From an uncultured delta proteobacterium (lineage in GTDB: Bacteria > Desulfobacterota > Syntrophorhabdia > Syntrophorhabdales > WCHB1-27), in contig CAWEPK010000008.1 in the NCBI GenBank assembly GCA_963810935.1, positions 256,001-320,000 of the forward strand: a stretch of DNA of 64,000 nucleotides. The letters run 5' to 3'. The position numbers and the translations under genes are program-made. Shown piece by piece: positions 50,204 through 61,378 of this stretch (position 1 is the stretch's first letter; each line of letters begins with the position of its first letter). The notes under the pieces were generated by a model that had not been told where the DNA came from, searched no databases, and saw nothing but the letters and a program-made list of their open reading frames with translations.

Positions 50204-51172
50204 CTACCGGTGGTTACTCGCAGACCTCGGCGGCTCCTGGTCCGTCGCCTCTGTAAAATCGTCCGATTGCGGCGGCGCCATGACCCTGACCGCCCCCATA
50301 TAGTGTCTCTCGAAATAACCGCCGCCGAGATGATCGACTTTTACGCCTCTTTTGAAGACGGAAGAAGCGTGTATGAACGTGCCCTCGCCGATATAGATGC
50401 CCACGTGGCTCGGGTAGCGGGCCAGGTTCTTGGTCCTGAAGAAGACAAGGTCGCCGGTGGCCAGCTCGTCCTTCTCCACTCTTGTGCCGGTGCAGTACTG
50501 TTCCTTCGCGCTGCGCGGCAGTTGGACCTCGAAGATCTCATACATTTTTTTGACAAAGGCCGAGCAATCGAGCCCCCTCACGCTGTCTCCGCCGTATCTG
50601 TAAGGCGCGCCTGCGAAGCTCTTCGCCACCTTAACCAGGATACCGCGCTCCTCCTCGCTCTTCCAGGGCTTGAGCGGCTTGTTGCTGAAAGCGATCGGGA
50701 CCTCTGCATCGTCGTCAGCGGCCTTCGGGATGAATACGGTCGTTCCGGGTTTCAGGCGCTTTCTGGCGAGCTTGTTGAGGTCGATGATATCCTGTTTGTC
50801 TACGCTGAACCGGCTCGCGAGCTTATCGAAAGTGTCGCCCTTCCTGGTCTGGTATTCTATGTATTCGTTCTCGTCTTCCCCTGCGGCGGGCTGAACAGCC
50901 GGGATTGTCCGGGGAGCGGCTTGCTTTACGGGCTCTTTCGCCTTTACGGTCTTTACAGGCGCGTTTCGGTCCGCCTTCCAGCGGCCCGAGGCGCCGCGGC
51001 TGTGCTTCGCCCTGGCAGACCTGTACTTGTTAGCCGTACCATGCTTCTTTGAAGTCTTTCGATGTTGATCCCCCGACCAGTCCCTGTTATTCCGGACGGC
51101 CGGATAACCCTGCGAAGAAAAAATGACCAGAACAAAAAGCGTAAAAAAGGAGACTAAAAATGTTCTTCTCAT
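50204..51172 (-). CDS. LysM + NlpC/P60 peptidoglycan endopeptidase
   Basis: KGDTFDKLASRF, GAPYRYGG...LDCSAF, HVGIY, FIHAS. Confidence 0.92.
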   Translation of the reverse strand: MRRTFLVSFFTLFVLVIFSSQGYPAVRNNRDWSGDQHRKTSKKHGTANKYRSARAKHSRGASGRWKADRNAPVKTVKAKEPVKQAAPRTIPAVQPAAGEDENEYIEYQTRKGDTFDKLASRFSVDKQDIIDLNKLARKRLKPGTTVFIPKAADDDAEVPIAFSNKPLKPWKSEEERGILVKVAKSFAGAPYRYGGDSVRGLDCSAFVKKMYEIFEVQLPRSAKEQYCTGTRVEKDELATGDLVFFRTKNLARYPSHVGIYIGEGTFIHASSVFKRGVKVDHLGGGYFERHYMGAVRVMAPPQSDDFTEATDQEPPRSASNHR

Positions 51173-51393
51173 TATCCGCCTCTTACCCGGAGTTCCTTTT
51201 TTATCAGAAGCGGAAAAATCAGTCAAGCACTTTTTTACGAACAGAATGAGACTTGAAAGGCAAGTCTGCGACTTTCATAAGGAAATATTTTTTGAGCAGG
51301 CGCGCGCCTAAACGACGCAGCCCCACCCGGCGGCCTTATTGACCGGAAGACCGGTTTCGGCTATAATAAAGGGCCTTTAGAGGAGGGCCGACC

Positions 51394-53157
51394 TTGAGAA
51401 ACGTGTATTGCGGCGTGCTCACAGCAGCCGATGCGGGAAAGACTGTCGAGCTTGCGGGATGGGTCTACAGAAGGCGCGACCATGGCGGCCTGATCTTCTT
51501 CGACCTGCGTGACGTGACGGGTATCGTCCAGGTGGTCTTCTCGCCTGCGATAGCACCCTCCGCCCACGCACAAGCACATGAGATCAAACCGGAATACGTC
51601 GTCACCATCAAGGGGACGGTCTCGCCGAGGCCCGAAGGCACGGAGAACCCGAACATCCCCACCGGGCAGATCGAGGTGCTCGTCTCATCCTTCTCAGTCC
51701 TGAACACGTGCAAGCCCCTGCCCTTCCAGCTCGACGAGCCGGCAGGCGACGAGGAAGCGCCGAACGAGTCGCTGAGGCTGAAGTACCGCTACCTGGATAT
51801 GCGCAGGCCGCAGGTGCAGGAGCGTTTTCTTGCGCGCAGCAGGGCCTCCCAGGCGATACGCAACTACCTGACCACAGAGGGGTTTTACGAGATAGAGACG
51901 CCGTTCCTCACCAAAAGCACACCCGAAGGCGCGAGGGACTTCATCGTGCCGTCGAGGCTGAACATAGGGCAGTTCTATGCCCTGCCCCAGTCGCCGCAGC
52001 TCTTCAAACAGATATTGATGGTGGCCGGGTTCGACAAGTACTTTCAGATAGTCCGCTGCTTCCGTGACGAGGACCTGCGGGCGGACAGGCAGCCCGAATT
52101 CACCCAGCTCGACCTGGAGATGAGCTTCGTCGACGTGGACGACGTAATAGCGGTGAGCGAAGGCATAATGGCTGTCCTTTATGAATCCATAAAGAAAACG
52201 CCGCTTTCCGGCCCATTCCAGCGAATGGACTTCAGCGAGGCCATGGAGCGCTACGGGACGGACAAGCCTGATTTGCGGTTCGAGCTTCCCATGGAAGACC
52301 TGACGCCGCACTTTTCGTCCACGCAGTTCGGTGTCTTCAAAAAGACGGTCGACGCCGGCGGGGCCATAAAGGGCATCGCCCTGAAAGGCAGGCAGCTTTC
52401 GCGCAAAGACCTCGATACGGCCGTCGATACGGCCAAGTCCCTCGGGTCCGGCGGCCTCATCTGGATGCGTAAAGACGAAGGCAAGCTCGTCTCGCCCATC
52501 GTAAAATACCTCACCGAAAACGAGACGCAGGCAATAGACGCGGCCTTCGCCCTCGAAAACGGGGACGTTGTCTTCATAATGGCCGACGCACGCGCCAGGG
52601 TCAACGAAATGATGGGGCGGTTCCGCTTGTATCTCGGCGAACGGTACGACCTTATCAGGAAAGACGAGGACCGCTTCCTGTGGGTCGTCGATTTCCCGCT
52701 CTTCGAATACAGCGAGGAGGAAAAGAGGTACGTTGCCCGGCACCACCCGTTCACGTCGCCTAAAGGACGCGTCTCGGATTTCTCCGGCGATTACGACACG
52801 ATGCGGGCAAGGGCCTATGACCTCGTTCTGAACGGAGTAGAGATAGGCGGCGGCAGCATCAGGATACACGAGAAAGACGAGCAGATGGCGATGTTCAGGC
52901 TCCTCAACATCAAAGAAGAGGAGGCGGTCGTGCAGTTCGGTTTCCTCCTCGAGGCCCTCGAAATGGGCGCGCCTCCGCACGGCGGCATAGCCTTCGGCGT
53001 GGACCGCATACTCATGATGCTGCTCCACGTGGAAAGCATAAGAGACGTGATCCCCTTCCCTAAGACGCAGAAAGGCGCCTGTCTGCTGTCGGGTGCGCCC
53101 GCGCCCGTTAAGCCGAGGCAGCTTGCCGAGCTGCGCCTGCGGATCACTAAGGAGTAG
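51394..53157 (+). CDS. aspS: Aspartate--tRNA ligase (likely non-discriminating)
   Basis: RRDHGG, TPEGARD, LPQSPQ, FRDEDLRADRQPEF, PPHGG. Confidence 0.98.
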   Translation: MRNVYCGVLTAADAGKTVELAGWVYRRRDHGGLIFFDLRDVTGIVQVVFSPAIAPSAHAQAHEIKPEYVVTIKGTVSPRPEGTENPNIPTGQIEVLVSSFSVLNTCKPLPFQLDEPAGDEEAPNESLRLKYRYLDMRRPQVQERFLARSRASQAIRNYLTTEGFYEIETPFLTKSTPEGARDFIVPSRLNIGQFYALPQSPQLFKQILMVAGFDKYFQIVRCFRDEDLRADRQPEFTQLDLEMSFVDVDDVIAVSEGIMAVLYESIKKTPLSGPFQRMDFSEAMERYGTDKPDLRFELPMEDLTPHFSSTQFGVFKKTVDAGGAIKGIALKGRQLSRKDLDTAVDTAKSLGSGGLIWMRKDEGKLVSPIVKYLTENETQAIDAAFALENGDVVFIMADARARVNEMMGRFRLYLGERYDLIRKDEDRFLWVVDFPLFEYSEEEKRYVARHHPFTSPKGRVSDFSGDYDTMRARAYDLVLNGVEIGGGSIRIHEKDEQMAMFRLLNIKEEEAVVQFGFLLEALEMGAPPHGGIAFGVDRILMMLLHVESIRDVIPFPKTQKGACLLSGAPAPVKPRQLAELRLRITKE

Positions 53158-53166
53158 AGACCAGCA

Positions 53167-54981
53167 TTGCCTAACAAAAAGAAGAAAGGCTTCATTTTCA
53201 AAAACATCGTAAAGAGCAGCCAGTTCCCCCTGGTGGATGAAGAGAAACCGGAGCTGTTCAAGGGGGTCTTTCCGTACTCGGAGATGGTGCGGGTCAATTT
53301 CGACCACAAGATAGAGTTGATCGACCCGCCCGAAGAGATCTTTATAACGGACACTACCTTCAGGGACGGCCAGCAATCGAGGCCCCCTTTCACCGTAAAG
53401 CAGATCGAGGACCTCTTTAGCTTCCTCCACAGGCTGTCCGGGCCGAACGGCGTAATACGCCAGTCCGAGTTCTTCCTCTATACGGAAAAGGACAAGGAGG
53501 CGGTGGCCAAATGCCTTGAAAAGGGTTACCGCTACCCGGAGATTACGGGCTGGATTCGCGCCAATATAGACGATTTACAGCTTGTCCGCGATTTCGGCCT
53601 GAAGGAGACGGGCATGCTCACGAGCATATCCGACTACCACATCTTCTACAAGTTCAAGAAGACACGCTCCCAGGTGTTCAACGAATATATAAAGATGGTC
53701 GAGGCGACCCTCGAGGCAGGCATCGTACCCAGGTGCCACTTCGAGGACGTGACAAGGGCCGACATCCACGGCTTCTGCGTCCCCTTCGCACAGGCGCTCA
53801 TGGCGCTCTCCGAAGAGGCGAAGATGCCCGTGAAAATTCGCCTCTGCGACACCCTGGGCGTTGGCGTCACTTACCCCGGCGCAGCCCTGCCCCGCTCCAT
53901 AGGGAAGATCATCAGGGCGATGATCGACGACGCGGGCGTGCCGTCCGAGTACCTGGAGTGGCACGGGCATAACGATTTTTACAGGGGCGTCGTGGGAGCG
54001 GCGAGTGCGTGGCTGTACGGCTGCACCTTCGCGAACGGCACGCTACTGGGCATAGGGGAACGGACAGGCAATACCCCCATCGAGGCACTCCTGATGGAGT
54101 ATATCTCGCTCATCGGGGACGACAACGGGGTGGACACGAGGGCGATTACCGAGGTGCGGAACTACTTCGAGAAAGAGGTGGGAATGCACATCCCGAGGAA
54201 CCAGCCGTTCGTCGGCTCCGATTTCAACGCCACGTCGGCGGGCGTCCATATCGACGGCCTCGCGAAGAACGAGGAGGTCTATACATCCTTCGATACGAAG
54301 AGAATCCTCGACAGGCCGATAGCGGTAAATATAACGGACAAGTCCGGCCTTGCGGGCATAGCCCACTGGATCAACGCCCATTTCGCCCTGACCGGCCAAA
54401 ACGCGATAGAGAAAAGCAACCCGGGCGTGGCGAGGATCAATAAACGCATCCTGAAGACATATGAGGAAGGCAGGGTGACGGCCATTTCCGACGAGGAGAT
54501 GGAGCACATGGTCCGCATATACCTGCCCTCCGTCCTGCCTTCGGAATTCGAGGCGTTAAAGAAGCGCGCCTACGACATGGCCGCCCACCTGATAGAGCGC
54601 TGCATCGAGGAGGGCGATCTGAAGAGCATGGCGCCGGAGCGGCAGGAGCTTGTGCTCAACAAGCTCGTTTCCGATTATCCTTTCATCCAGTTTGGCTACG
54701 TAGTCAATGTCGAGGGTGTGAAAGTCACGAGGAACATCACCCAGGCCGTGGATAAAGCAAAGTACGCCAAGATCGACCTGCACGAGGACTTCTCCGGCAG
54801 GGATTGGTTCATAGAGCCGCTGAAATCGGGTAAGATATGGGTCACGGACCTCTATTCGTCGAGGATCACAGGCGCTCTTTGTATAACCGTCTCCGGCCCC
54901 ATCGCAGACGAGACCGGCGAGATAGTGGGGATCCTGGGCCTGGATATTAAGTTTGAGGACTTGACCAAGGCTGAGGAGTAA
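53167..54981 (+). CDS. Re-citrate synthase-like DRE-TIM enzyme with C-terminal Cache/PDC-like domain
   Basis: TDTTFRDGQQSR, CHFED.TRAD, WHGHND, GERTGN; C-terminal RDWF...TDLYSS.ITGALCITVS.PI....G...GILGLD. Confidence 0.8.
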   Translation: MPNKKKKGFIFKNIVKSSQFPLVDEEKPELFKGVFPYSEMVRVNFDHKIELIDPPEEIFITDTTFRDGQQSRPPFTVKQIEDLFSFLHRLSGPNGVIRQSEFFLYTEKDKEAVAKCLEKGYRYPEITGWIRANIDDLQLVRDFGLKETGMLTSISDYHIFYKFKKTRSQVFNEYIKMVEATLEAGIVPRCHFEDVTRADIHGFCVPFAQALMALSEEAKMPVKIRLCDTLGVGVTYPGAALPRSIGKIIRAMIDDAGVPSEYLEWHGHNDFYRGVVGAASAWLYGCTFANGTLLGIGERTGNTPIEALLMEYISLIGDDNGVDTRAITEVRNYFEKEVGMHIPRNQPFVGSDFNATSAGVHIDGLAKNEEVYTSFDTKRILDRPIAVNITDKSGLAGIAHWINAHFALTGQNAIEKSNPGVARINKRILKTYEEGRVTAISDEEMEHMVRIYLPSVLPSEFEALKKRAYDMAAHLIERCIEEGDLKSMAPERQELVLNKLVSDYPFIQFGYVVNVEGVKVTRNITQAVDKAKYAKIDLHEDFSGRDWFIEPLKSGKIWVTDLYSSRITGALCITVSGPIADETGEIVGILGLDIKFEDLTKAEE

Positions 54982-54994
54982 GGTCAAACATCAC

Positions 54995-55029
54995 CCCTCA
55001 CCCCGCCCTCTCCCCCAGGGGGCGAGGGA
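54995..55029 (+). repeat. BoxC/REP-like palindromic element
   Basis: CCCTCACCCCGCCCTCTCCCCCAGGGGGCGAGGGA. Confidence 0.55.
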
Positions 55030-55085
55030 ATAAAAGAACGGTACGGCAACATTAAAGGCCGGTACTGTGAAGGAATTCATTAATC

Positions 55086-56205
55086 ATGCTTGACGACATA
55101 AAGGCACGAACCGACGTCCTTGTCGAGCGTATGGCGGCGCTCCGAGGTTATCTTTGACGCCCCTTCCCTCAAGACGCGCGTAGCCGAATACGACCAGACC
55201 CTGGCCCAAAAAGATTTCTGGACGGACCAGGAGCGGGCCCAGAAGCTGCTCAAGGAGCGGGCCAGGCTCCAGGACGAGCTTTCCCGTTGGGAGGGGAAGG
55301 AGAAGGAGCTTGAGGAGATCCTTATCCTGAGCGATTTCGCCAAGGAAACTGAGGACCAGGAGGACGTCTCGGAGCTTGAGCGAAGGGTCGAGGCCTTAGA
55401 CGGCGAGCTGAACAGCTACGAGATAGAGCGGATGCTGGCGGGGGAGAACGATAAAGAGAACGCCATCATCTATATAAACGCCGGGGCGGGCGGCACAGAG
55501 GCCCAGGACTGGGCGGAGATGCTCCTGCGGATGTACCTCAAGTGGTCGGAAAAGAAGGGGTTCGAGACCCAGGTGGTCGATCTTTTAGCGGGTGAAGAGG
55601 CGGGGATCAAGAATGTCACGTTCATTGTCACAGGGCCTTACGCTTACGGCTACATGAAGTGCGAGAGCGGCATCCATCGCCTGGTGCGCATCTCCCCTTT
55701 CGACGCGGCCGCCAGGAGGCACACGTCTTTCGCGTCCGTCTACGCTTACCCTGAGCTGCCTGAAGACGTCCCGGTGGAAATCAAGGAAGAAGACCTGAAG
55801 ATCGATACCTTCCGGGCAAGCGGCCCCGGAGGCCAGCACGTCAACAGGACGGATTCGGCTATACGCATCACCCACCTGCCCAGCGGCATCGTCGTCCAGT
55901 GCCAGAACGAGCGTTCCCAGCACAAGAATAAGGCCATCGCCATGTCCATCCTCAAGGCCAGGCTTTACGAGCTTGAGAAGAGGAAGCAGGACGAAAAGAT
56001 GAACCAATTAAACAAAGAGAAAAAGGAGATCGCCTGGGGAAGCCAGATACGCTCCTACACCCTCCACCCGTACAAGCTCATCAAAGACCACAGGACAAAA
56101 CTCGAGACACACAACAATGCCGCGGAAAACGTGCTCGACGGAGACCTCGATCAGTACATCAAAGCGTGCCTTTTGTACTTGACTTTCGAGCAAAAAAGAG
56201 ATTAA
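55086..56205 (+). CDS. prfB: Peptide chain release factor 2 with programmed +1 frameshift
   Basis: ATG 55086, GAGGT-TAT-CTT-TGA-C at 55144-55158; SPF and GGQ motifs. Confidence 0.97.
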
Positions 56206-56214
56206 GTATTGGTA

Positions 56215-56452
56215 ATGGAAGAGCTATTTGAAGATAACAAGCTGGGCGAGGCTGGAGGAGAAAATTGACATCCTCCTTAAGACGTATACAGGTGTAAGGG
56301 AGGAAAAAGCGGACCTTGCGGGCAAGGTCGCCTCCCTGGAGACAGAGAACAGGGAGCTAAAGGCACTGGTTGCCAAGATAGAGACTGAAAAAGAAATGGT
56401 CATGCAGAAGGTAAAGGGCATTCTGGACAAGATCCAGAAGATGGAAGCGTAA
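56215..56452 (+). CDS. ZapB-like coiled-coil protein (probable extra G at about 56245)
   Basis: MEELFEDNKL then ARLEEKIDILL in the +1 frame; coiled coil; upstream of zapA. Confidence 0.65.
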
Positions 56453-56465
56453 GCTGGTGACCGGA

Positions 56466-56837
56466 ATGGGTCTTACCCGCCTGACAAGCTCCGACCGGGC
56501 GTCCGCCAGTCCGGACAGTGACGAGCGGCCCGAAGATGAAAGCGTGACCTTGCAGAAGGTAGAAGTAACTATACTGAACCAGGCATTCACGTTCATGTGC
56601 GACGACGAGAAGCGCATCAGGAGGATTGCCGAGCTCGTCGACCGCGAGATCAGTCAGGTAACGAAGGACTTTGGAATAGTTAATACGTTGAACTCCGTGA
56701 TAATGGCCATGATGAAGATGGCCGACGATTACATCGAGATTAAGGACCGGATAGCGAGGGTCGAAGATAAAACCCTAAAACTTTTGAAAAAGGTTGAAAA
56801 CGTCGAGATTCCCTGCGGTGTGCGTGATGAATGGTGA
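56466..56837 (+). CDS. zapA: Cell division protein ZapA
   Basis: VEVTILNQ..., IAELVDREI, precedes 6S RNA. Confidence 0.8.
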   Translation: MGLTRLTSSDRASASPDSDERPEDESVTLQKVEVTILNQAFTFMCDDEKRIRRIAELVDREISQVTKDFGIVNTLNSVIMAMMKMADDYIEIKDRIARVEDKTLKLLKKVENVEIPCGVRDEW

Positions 56838-56985
56838 CCTTAGAACCAACACCTCTTTATCGGGGGCTTATACTTGCTGTGGAGCTGCATGCCCGCCTTG
56901 TTGCGGGACGCATGAAGCAGCAGAAGGGTTCCCACTTGAAACGAGAGGTTCGAGCTCTTACCGTTTACACGGCATTCGCGGGGTC
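56809..56985 (+). ncRNA. ssrS: 6S RNA
   Basis: Closing stem CCCTGCGGTGTGCGTG / CACGGCATTCGCGGGG, GAACC...GGTTC, about 180 nt, zapA-rny synteny. Confidence 0.85.
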
Positions 56986-57128
56986 TTTTCATAGGGGTAG
57001 TACCGAGGATACGTGAGATAAACATAAATAATACGCTGATTTTTGGGAGGTTGAGTTTCAAGATCGGCCATTAACGAAAACAATATAATCCTCGTGCTGC
57101 CCCCTAAAGGAAGCTCTAAGGGGGGACC

Positions 57129-58679
57129 TTGAATATAATAGTCACAGTCGTAATCTGTATAGCAGGTATACTTGCAGGTTACATCGCGTCAAAATTGATC
57201 CAAAAAAAGAAGGTCGGCGAATACCAATCGGTAGGCCGGCAAATACTTGAAGAGGCTAAGAAAGAGGCCGATGTCGTCAAGCGGGAAGCCTCCATCCAGG
57301 CAAAGGATATCGTCATACAGGCACGCAACGAACTGGAACAGGAGGTAAAGGCCAAAAAGGGCGACCTGCAGAACGTGGAAAGGCGCCTCTCCCAGAAAGA
57401 ATCAAACATCGACAGGAAGATGGAGACCCTCGACAAGAAGGAAGAGGACCTCGGTAAGAAGGAAAGGCACCTGGTTAACCGCGAGGGGTTCCTGGAGAAC
57501 AGGATCGGCGAGGCCGAGAAGACCATAAAGGAGCAGCGGGACAAATTGGAGCAAATCGCCGGGATGAGCTCCGATGAAGCCAAGAAGGTGCTCATGCAGG
57601 CCATGGAGGACGAGGCGCGCTACGAGGCGACCAAGGTGGCCCGCAGGATAGAAGAAGAGGCGCGCGAGAGGGCGGACAAGAAGGCCAAAGAGATACTGGC
57701 CATCGCCATCCAGCGCTATGCGGGAGAGTACGTGGCCGAGGACGCGGTCTCCGTGGTCGCCCTGCCGAACGAAGAGATGAAGGGACGCATAATAGGCAGG
57801 GAGGGCCGCAACATAAGGGCCCTGGAGGCGGCTACAGGCGTCGATATCATCATCGACGACACGCCGGAGGCCGTAATCCTTTCCTGCTTCAACCCGATCA
57901 GGAGAGAAGTAGCCCGCGTTGCCATAGAGCGGCTCATCTCGGACGGCAGGATACACCCCGCCCGCATCGAGGAAATCGTCACCAAGGTCGCCGAAGAGCT
58001 GGAAGAGAAGCTGAAGACGACGGGCGAGCAGGCGGTATTCGACGCAGGCGTGCACAACGTCCACCCGGAGGTAGTCAAGCTCCTGGGCAGGCTGAAGTTC
58101 AGAAGCAGTTACTCCCAGAACGTCTACCAGCACTCGCTGGAAGTGGCCTTCATCTGCGGCATAATAGCGGCCGAGCTTAAGCTCAACGTGCAGGAAGCCA
58201 AGCGGGCCGGCCTGCTCCATGATATAGGAAAGGCCGTAGACCACGAGATAGAAGGGTCCCATTCGGCCATAGGCGCAGACCTCGCCAGGAAATACGGAGA
58301 GCCCGAGGACATCGTCCACGCCATACTGGCCCACCACGAGGAGACGGAGCCCGCCAACCTGCTGGACATAATCGTGCAGGCGGCTGACGCCCTCTCCGGC
58401 GCAAGGCCGGGGGCCCGCCGCGAGATGCTCGAATCCTACATCAAGCGGCTTGAAGAGTTGGAGCGCATCGCGTCGAGCTTTTCGGGCGTCGAGAAGTCAT
58501 ACGCCATTCAGGCGGGCAGGGAGATCAGGATCGTCGTGAGCAGCGACAAGATGAACGACGACGGCATCTTCCTCCTGTCGAAGGACATAGCAAAGAAGGT
58601 CGAGGCGGAGCTGTCCTATCCCGGTCAGATCAAGGTGGTCGTCATACGGGAGACAAGAGCGGTCGAGTATGCCCGATAA
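57129..58679 (+). CDS. rny: Ribonuclease Y
   Basis: TM, coiled coil, [20 protein letters not shown]. Confidence 0.97.
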   Translation: MNIIVTVVICIAGILAGYIASKLIQKKKVGEYQSVGRQILEEAKKEADVVKREASIQAKDIVIQARNELEQEVKAKKGDLQNVERRLSQKESNIDRKMETLDKKEEDLGKKERHLVNREGFLENRIGEAEKTIKEQRDKLEQIAGMSSDEAKKVLMQAMEDEARYEATKVARRIEEEARERADKKAKEILAIAIQRYAGEYVAEDAVSVVALPNEEMKGRIIGREGRNIRALEAATGVDIIIDDTPEAVILSCFNPIRREVARVAIERLISDGRIHPARIEEIVTKVAEELEEKLKTTGEQAVFDAGVHNVHPEVVKLLGRLKFRSSYSQNVYQHSLEVAFICGIIAAELKLNVQEAKRAGLLHDIGKAVDHEIEGSHSAIGADLARKYGEPEDIVHAILAHHEETEPANLLDIIVQAADALSGARPGARREMLESYIKRLEELERIASSFSGVEKSYAIQAGREIRIVVSSDKMNDDGIFLLSKDIAKKVEAELSYPGQIKVVVIRETRAVEYAR

Positions 58680-59448
58680 CGTCCTGACCGTTCTCTTCCT
58701 GGGCGACGTCATCGGCAAGCCGGGGCGCTTGGCCGCCGTGCAATTCCTCAAGGATGCCCGCGCGGACTTCAAGATCATAAACGGCGAAAACATGGCCGGC
58801 GGGCTGGGCATCACCCCTGCCCTCGGCATAGAGATGATAGAGTCGGGGGTGGACGCGATAACGACAGGCAACCACGTCTGGAAGAAAAAAGAGGTCATCC
58901 CCTACCTGATGGCCGAGCAGCGCGTTATCAGACCCCTGAATTACCCTCCGGGCGCGCCCGGCTTCGGCACAACGATCGTCCGCAAAGGCGACAAAGCGAT
59001 CCGCCTGGCAAATATCGAGGGCAGGACGTTCATGGGCGCCCTCGACTGCCCTTTCCGCGCTATGGACGACTTCCTGGCCGCCGCAGGCGACGGGCCGCCC
59101 ATTATAGTCGATTTCCATGCCGAGGCGACCTCGGAAAAGGTCGCGATGGGCTGGTATCTAGACGGCAGGGTGGCCTGCCTCGTCGGCACGCACACGCACG
59201 TGCAGACGTCGGACAACGTCGTGCTGCCCCAGGGCACGGGTTACCTGACGGACCTCGGCATGACCGGGCCCTTCAATTCCGTCATAGGCATGGACAAAGG
59301 GGCGGTCATCGAGAGGTTCCTTACGCAGTTGCCGCAGAAATACGAGGTGGCGAAGGGCGAGGTCGAGGTGCAGGGCGCCATGATAACGATCGACGCCGTC
59401 ACGAAGCGCTGCCTGAAGATAGAAAGGATCAGAGAAAGGGTGGAATAA
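58669..59448 (+). CDS. ymdB: YmdB/TIGR00282 metallophosphoesterase
   Basis: [28 protein letters not shown]. Confidence 0.95.
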   Translation: MPDNVLTVLFLGDVIGKPGRLAAVQFLKDARADFKIINGENMAGGLGITPALGIEMIESGVDAITTGNHVWKKKEVIPYLMAEQRVIRPLNYPPGAPGFGTTIVRKGDKAIRLANIEGRTFMGALDCPFRAMDDFLAAAGDGPPIIVDFHAEATSEKVAMGWYLDGRVACLVGTHTHVQTSDNVVLPQGTGYLTDLGMTGPFNSVIGMDKGAVIERFLTQLPQKYEVAKGEVEVQGAMITIDAVTKRCLKIERIRERVE

Positions 59449-59451
59449 GCG

Positions 59452-60696
59452 ATGGACCTTGAGCGCGAGATGGAGATCATCCGGCGCGGCGCGGTTGAGC
59501 TCGTAAGCGTCGAGGAGTTGAAAAAGAAACTGACCCGTGCAAAGGCCGAGAAAAGGCCCCTGCGCGTTAAGCTAGGCATGGACCCGACCGCTCCCGACCT
59601 GCACCTCGGACACACGGTTGTACTCCAGAAATTAAAACAGTTCCAGGAGCTTGGCCACACGGCGATCTTCCTCGTCGGCGACTTCACGGGCATGATCGGC
59701 GACCCGACCGGCAGAATAGAGACGCGGCCAGTCCTCTCGCGCGAGCAGCTCATGGAGAACGCCGAGACGTACAAACGGCAGGTCTTCAAGATCCTCGACC
59801 CCGAAAAAACCGAGATACGCTTCAACAGCGAATGGATGGAGGCGATGAACGCAGCCGACATGATCAGGCTGTGCGCCAAATATACGGTCGCACGCCTGCT
59901 GGAGCGCGACGACTTCAGGAACCGCTACCAGAAAGGCCTGCCCATAAGCGTCCACGAGTTCCTCTACCCCTTCGTCCAGGGGTATGATTCCGTAGCCCTC
60001 AAAGCGGACATCGAGCTCGGCGGCTCCGACCAGATATTCAACCTACTCGTCGGCAGGGAGATCCAGAAAGGCTACGGGCTGGAGCCGCAGGCCGTACTCA
60101 CAGTCCCGCTCCTCGAAGGCACCGACGGCGTCAACAAGATGAGCAAGAGCTACGGCAACTACGTGGGCATAGACGAGCCGCCGGACGTTATTTTCGGCAA
60201 GCTCATGGCCATCTCCGACGAACTCATGTTTCGCTATTACGAGCTTTTGAGCGATATATCCCTGGAAGAGCTGCAAGCCCTGAAGGAAAGCATAAAGAAA
60301 GGGACCGTCCACCCGATGGACGCCAAGATGTGCTTCGCCCGCGAGATGGCCGCCCGCTTCCACAACGCTGACGCCGCAGCGACAGCCGAAGAGGACTGGA
60401 AGAAGGTCCACAGGCAGGGGGAGATACCCGAAAACGTCGAGACTATAACGATCAATATCTCACAACAGACGGCAGCCTCAACAGACGGCGTCTGGCTCCC
60501 CGGCATCCTAAAAGACGCCGGCCTTCTCAGCTCCACGTCCGAAGCCAAGCGCACGATAGGCCAGGGCGGCGTCTACATAGCCGACGGCGGCGACTTCGCC
60601 AAAATCACCAAAGAACACCTACCCGTAGTCACGGGCAAGCCATATACCTTCAAAGTAGGCAAAAAGAAATTCAAGACGGTGGTATTCGAGAGCTGA
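59452..60696 (+). CDS. tyrS: Tyrosine--tRNA ligase
   Basis: [22 protein letters not shown]4 domain. Confidence 0.98.
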   Translation: MDLEREMEIIRRGAVELVSVEELKKKLTRAKAEKRPLRVKLGMDPTAPDLHLGHTVVLQKLKQFQELGHTAIFLVGDFTGMIGDPTGRIETRPVLSREQLMENAETYKRQVFKILDPEKTEIRFNSEWMEAMNAADMIRLCAKYTVARLLERDDFRNRYQKGLPISVHEFLYPFVQGYDSVALKADIELGGSDQIFNLLVGREIQKGYGLEPQAVLTVPLLEGTDGVNKMSKSYGNYVGIDEPPDVIFGKLMAISDELMFRYYELLSDISLEELQALKESIKKGTVHPMDAKMCFAREMAARFHNADAAATAEEDWKKVHRQGEIPENVETITINISQQTAASTDGVWLPGILKDAGLLSSTSEAKRTIGQGGVYIADGGDFAKITKEHLPVVTGKPYTFKVGKKKFKTVVFES

Positions 60697-60728
60697 ATCG
60701 AGCCAGCCTCCGGTGCTATTGGCCCATT

Positions 60729-61052
60729 TCAATGAATGCCCAGTTGCACCTTGATCGCTTCCTCAACCTTGCGCATATCTTCTTCCGTCAGGACGCCTGC
60801 CCGCTTGAAAAGCCTTTCCTTGCTGACGGTCGCCAATTGGTCCGCCATCCCCTTGCTTTCTTTGCCTTCGAAGGCTACTGCCGCTTCGCTCGGGTATAGT
60901 CGGTCCACGTTGCTGGTAAGGGGAACGACCTGAACGCGGTTAAGAAACCTGTTCGAGGCATCGTTACTCACGATAACAGCCGGCCTCTTCTTCCTGATCT
61001 CTCCCCCTATCGAGGGTTCAAAATTGACCCACCAAACCTCACCGCGTTTCAT
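60729..61052 (-). CDS. mazF: PemK/MazF toxin
   Basis: [33 protein letters not shown]. Confidence 0.93.
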   Translation of the reverse strand: MKRGEVWWVNFEPSIGGEIRKKRPAVIVSNDASNRFLNRVQVVPLTSNVDRLYPSEAAVAFEGKESKGMADQLATVSKERLFKRAGVLTEEDMRKVEEAIKVQLGIH

Positions 61053-61269
61053 GGGCTATATCCTTAAAAGTCGCTTCGGCCCATTCCATGGCCTCTTTCT
61101 CTCTTTTCTTGTCCTTCGCCATGTCGGCATAGGATGACTCCAGGTCCGGGCGGACCACGTGCGGCCGAACCAATTCCTGTATGAACCTGCTTATCTTACG
61201 CGGGCCGATTGTTCTGTTCAGACCCTCGTACACTTCCTCGTCTATGGTTATAGTCAATTTCTTCTGCAC
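61039..61269 (-). CDS. Cognate antitoxin (RHH-like)
   Basis: GTG start with [19 protein letters not shown], overlaps toxin start; promoter TTGACA-17-TATAGT at 61319-61291. Confidence 0.8.
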   Translation of the reverse strand: MQKKLTITIDEEVYEGLNRTIGPRKISRFIQELVRPHVVRPDLESSYADMAKDKKREKEAMEWAEATFKDIAHETR

Positions 61270-61378
61270 CTCGCACCTCTCTATACGTGTACTATACGTG
61301 CAGTGGGGAAAGATGTCAACAGCCAATAAGGGGTATGCCTTTATCCAGGGATAACGCAACGGACGTTGCGGGCGATGA

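Noticed and set aside
1917..53430. Long antisense or alternate-frame ORFs (e.g. 1917-3098, 5005-6126, 32783-34429, 51694-53430)
   Set aside because: Shadows of well-supported genes in GC-rich DNA, with no recognisable motifs
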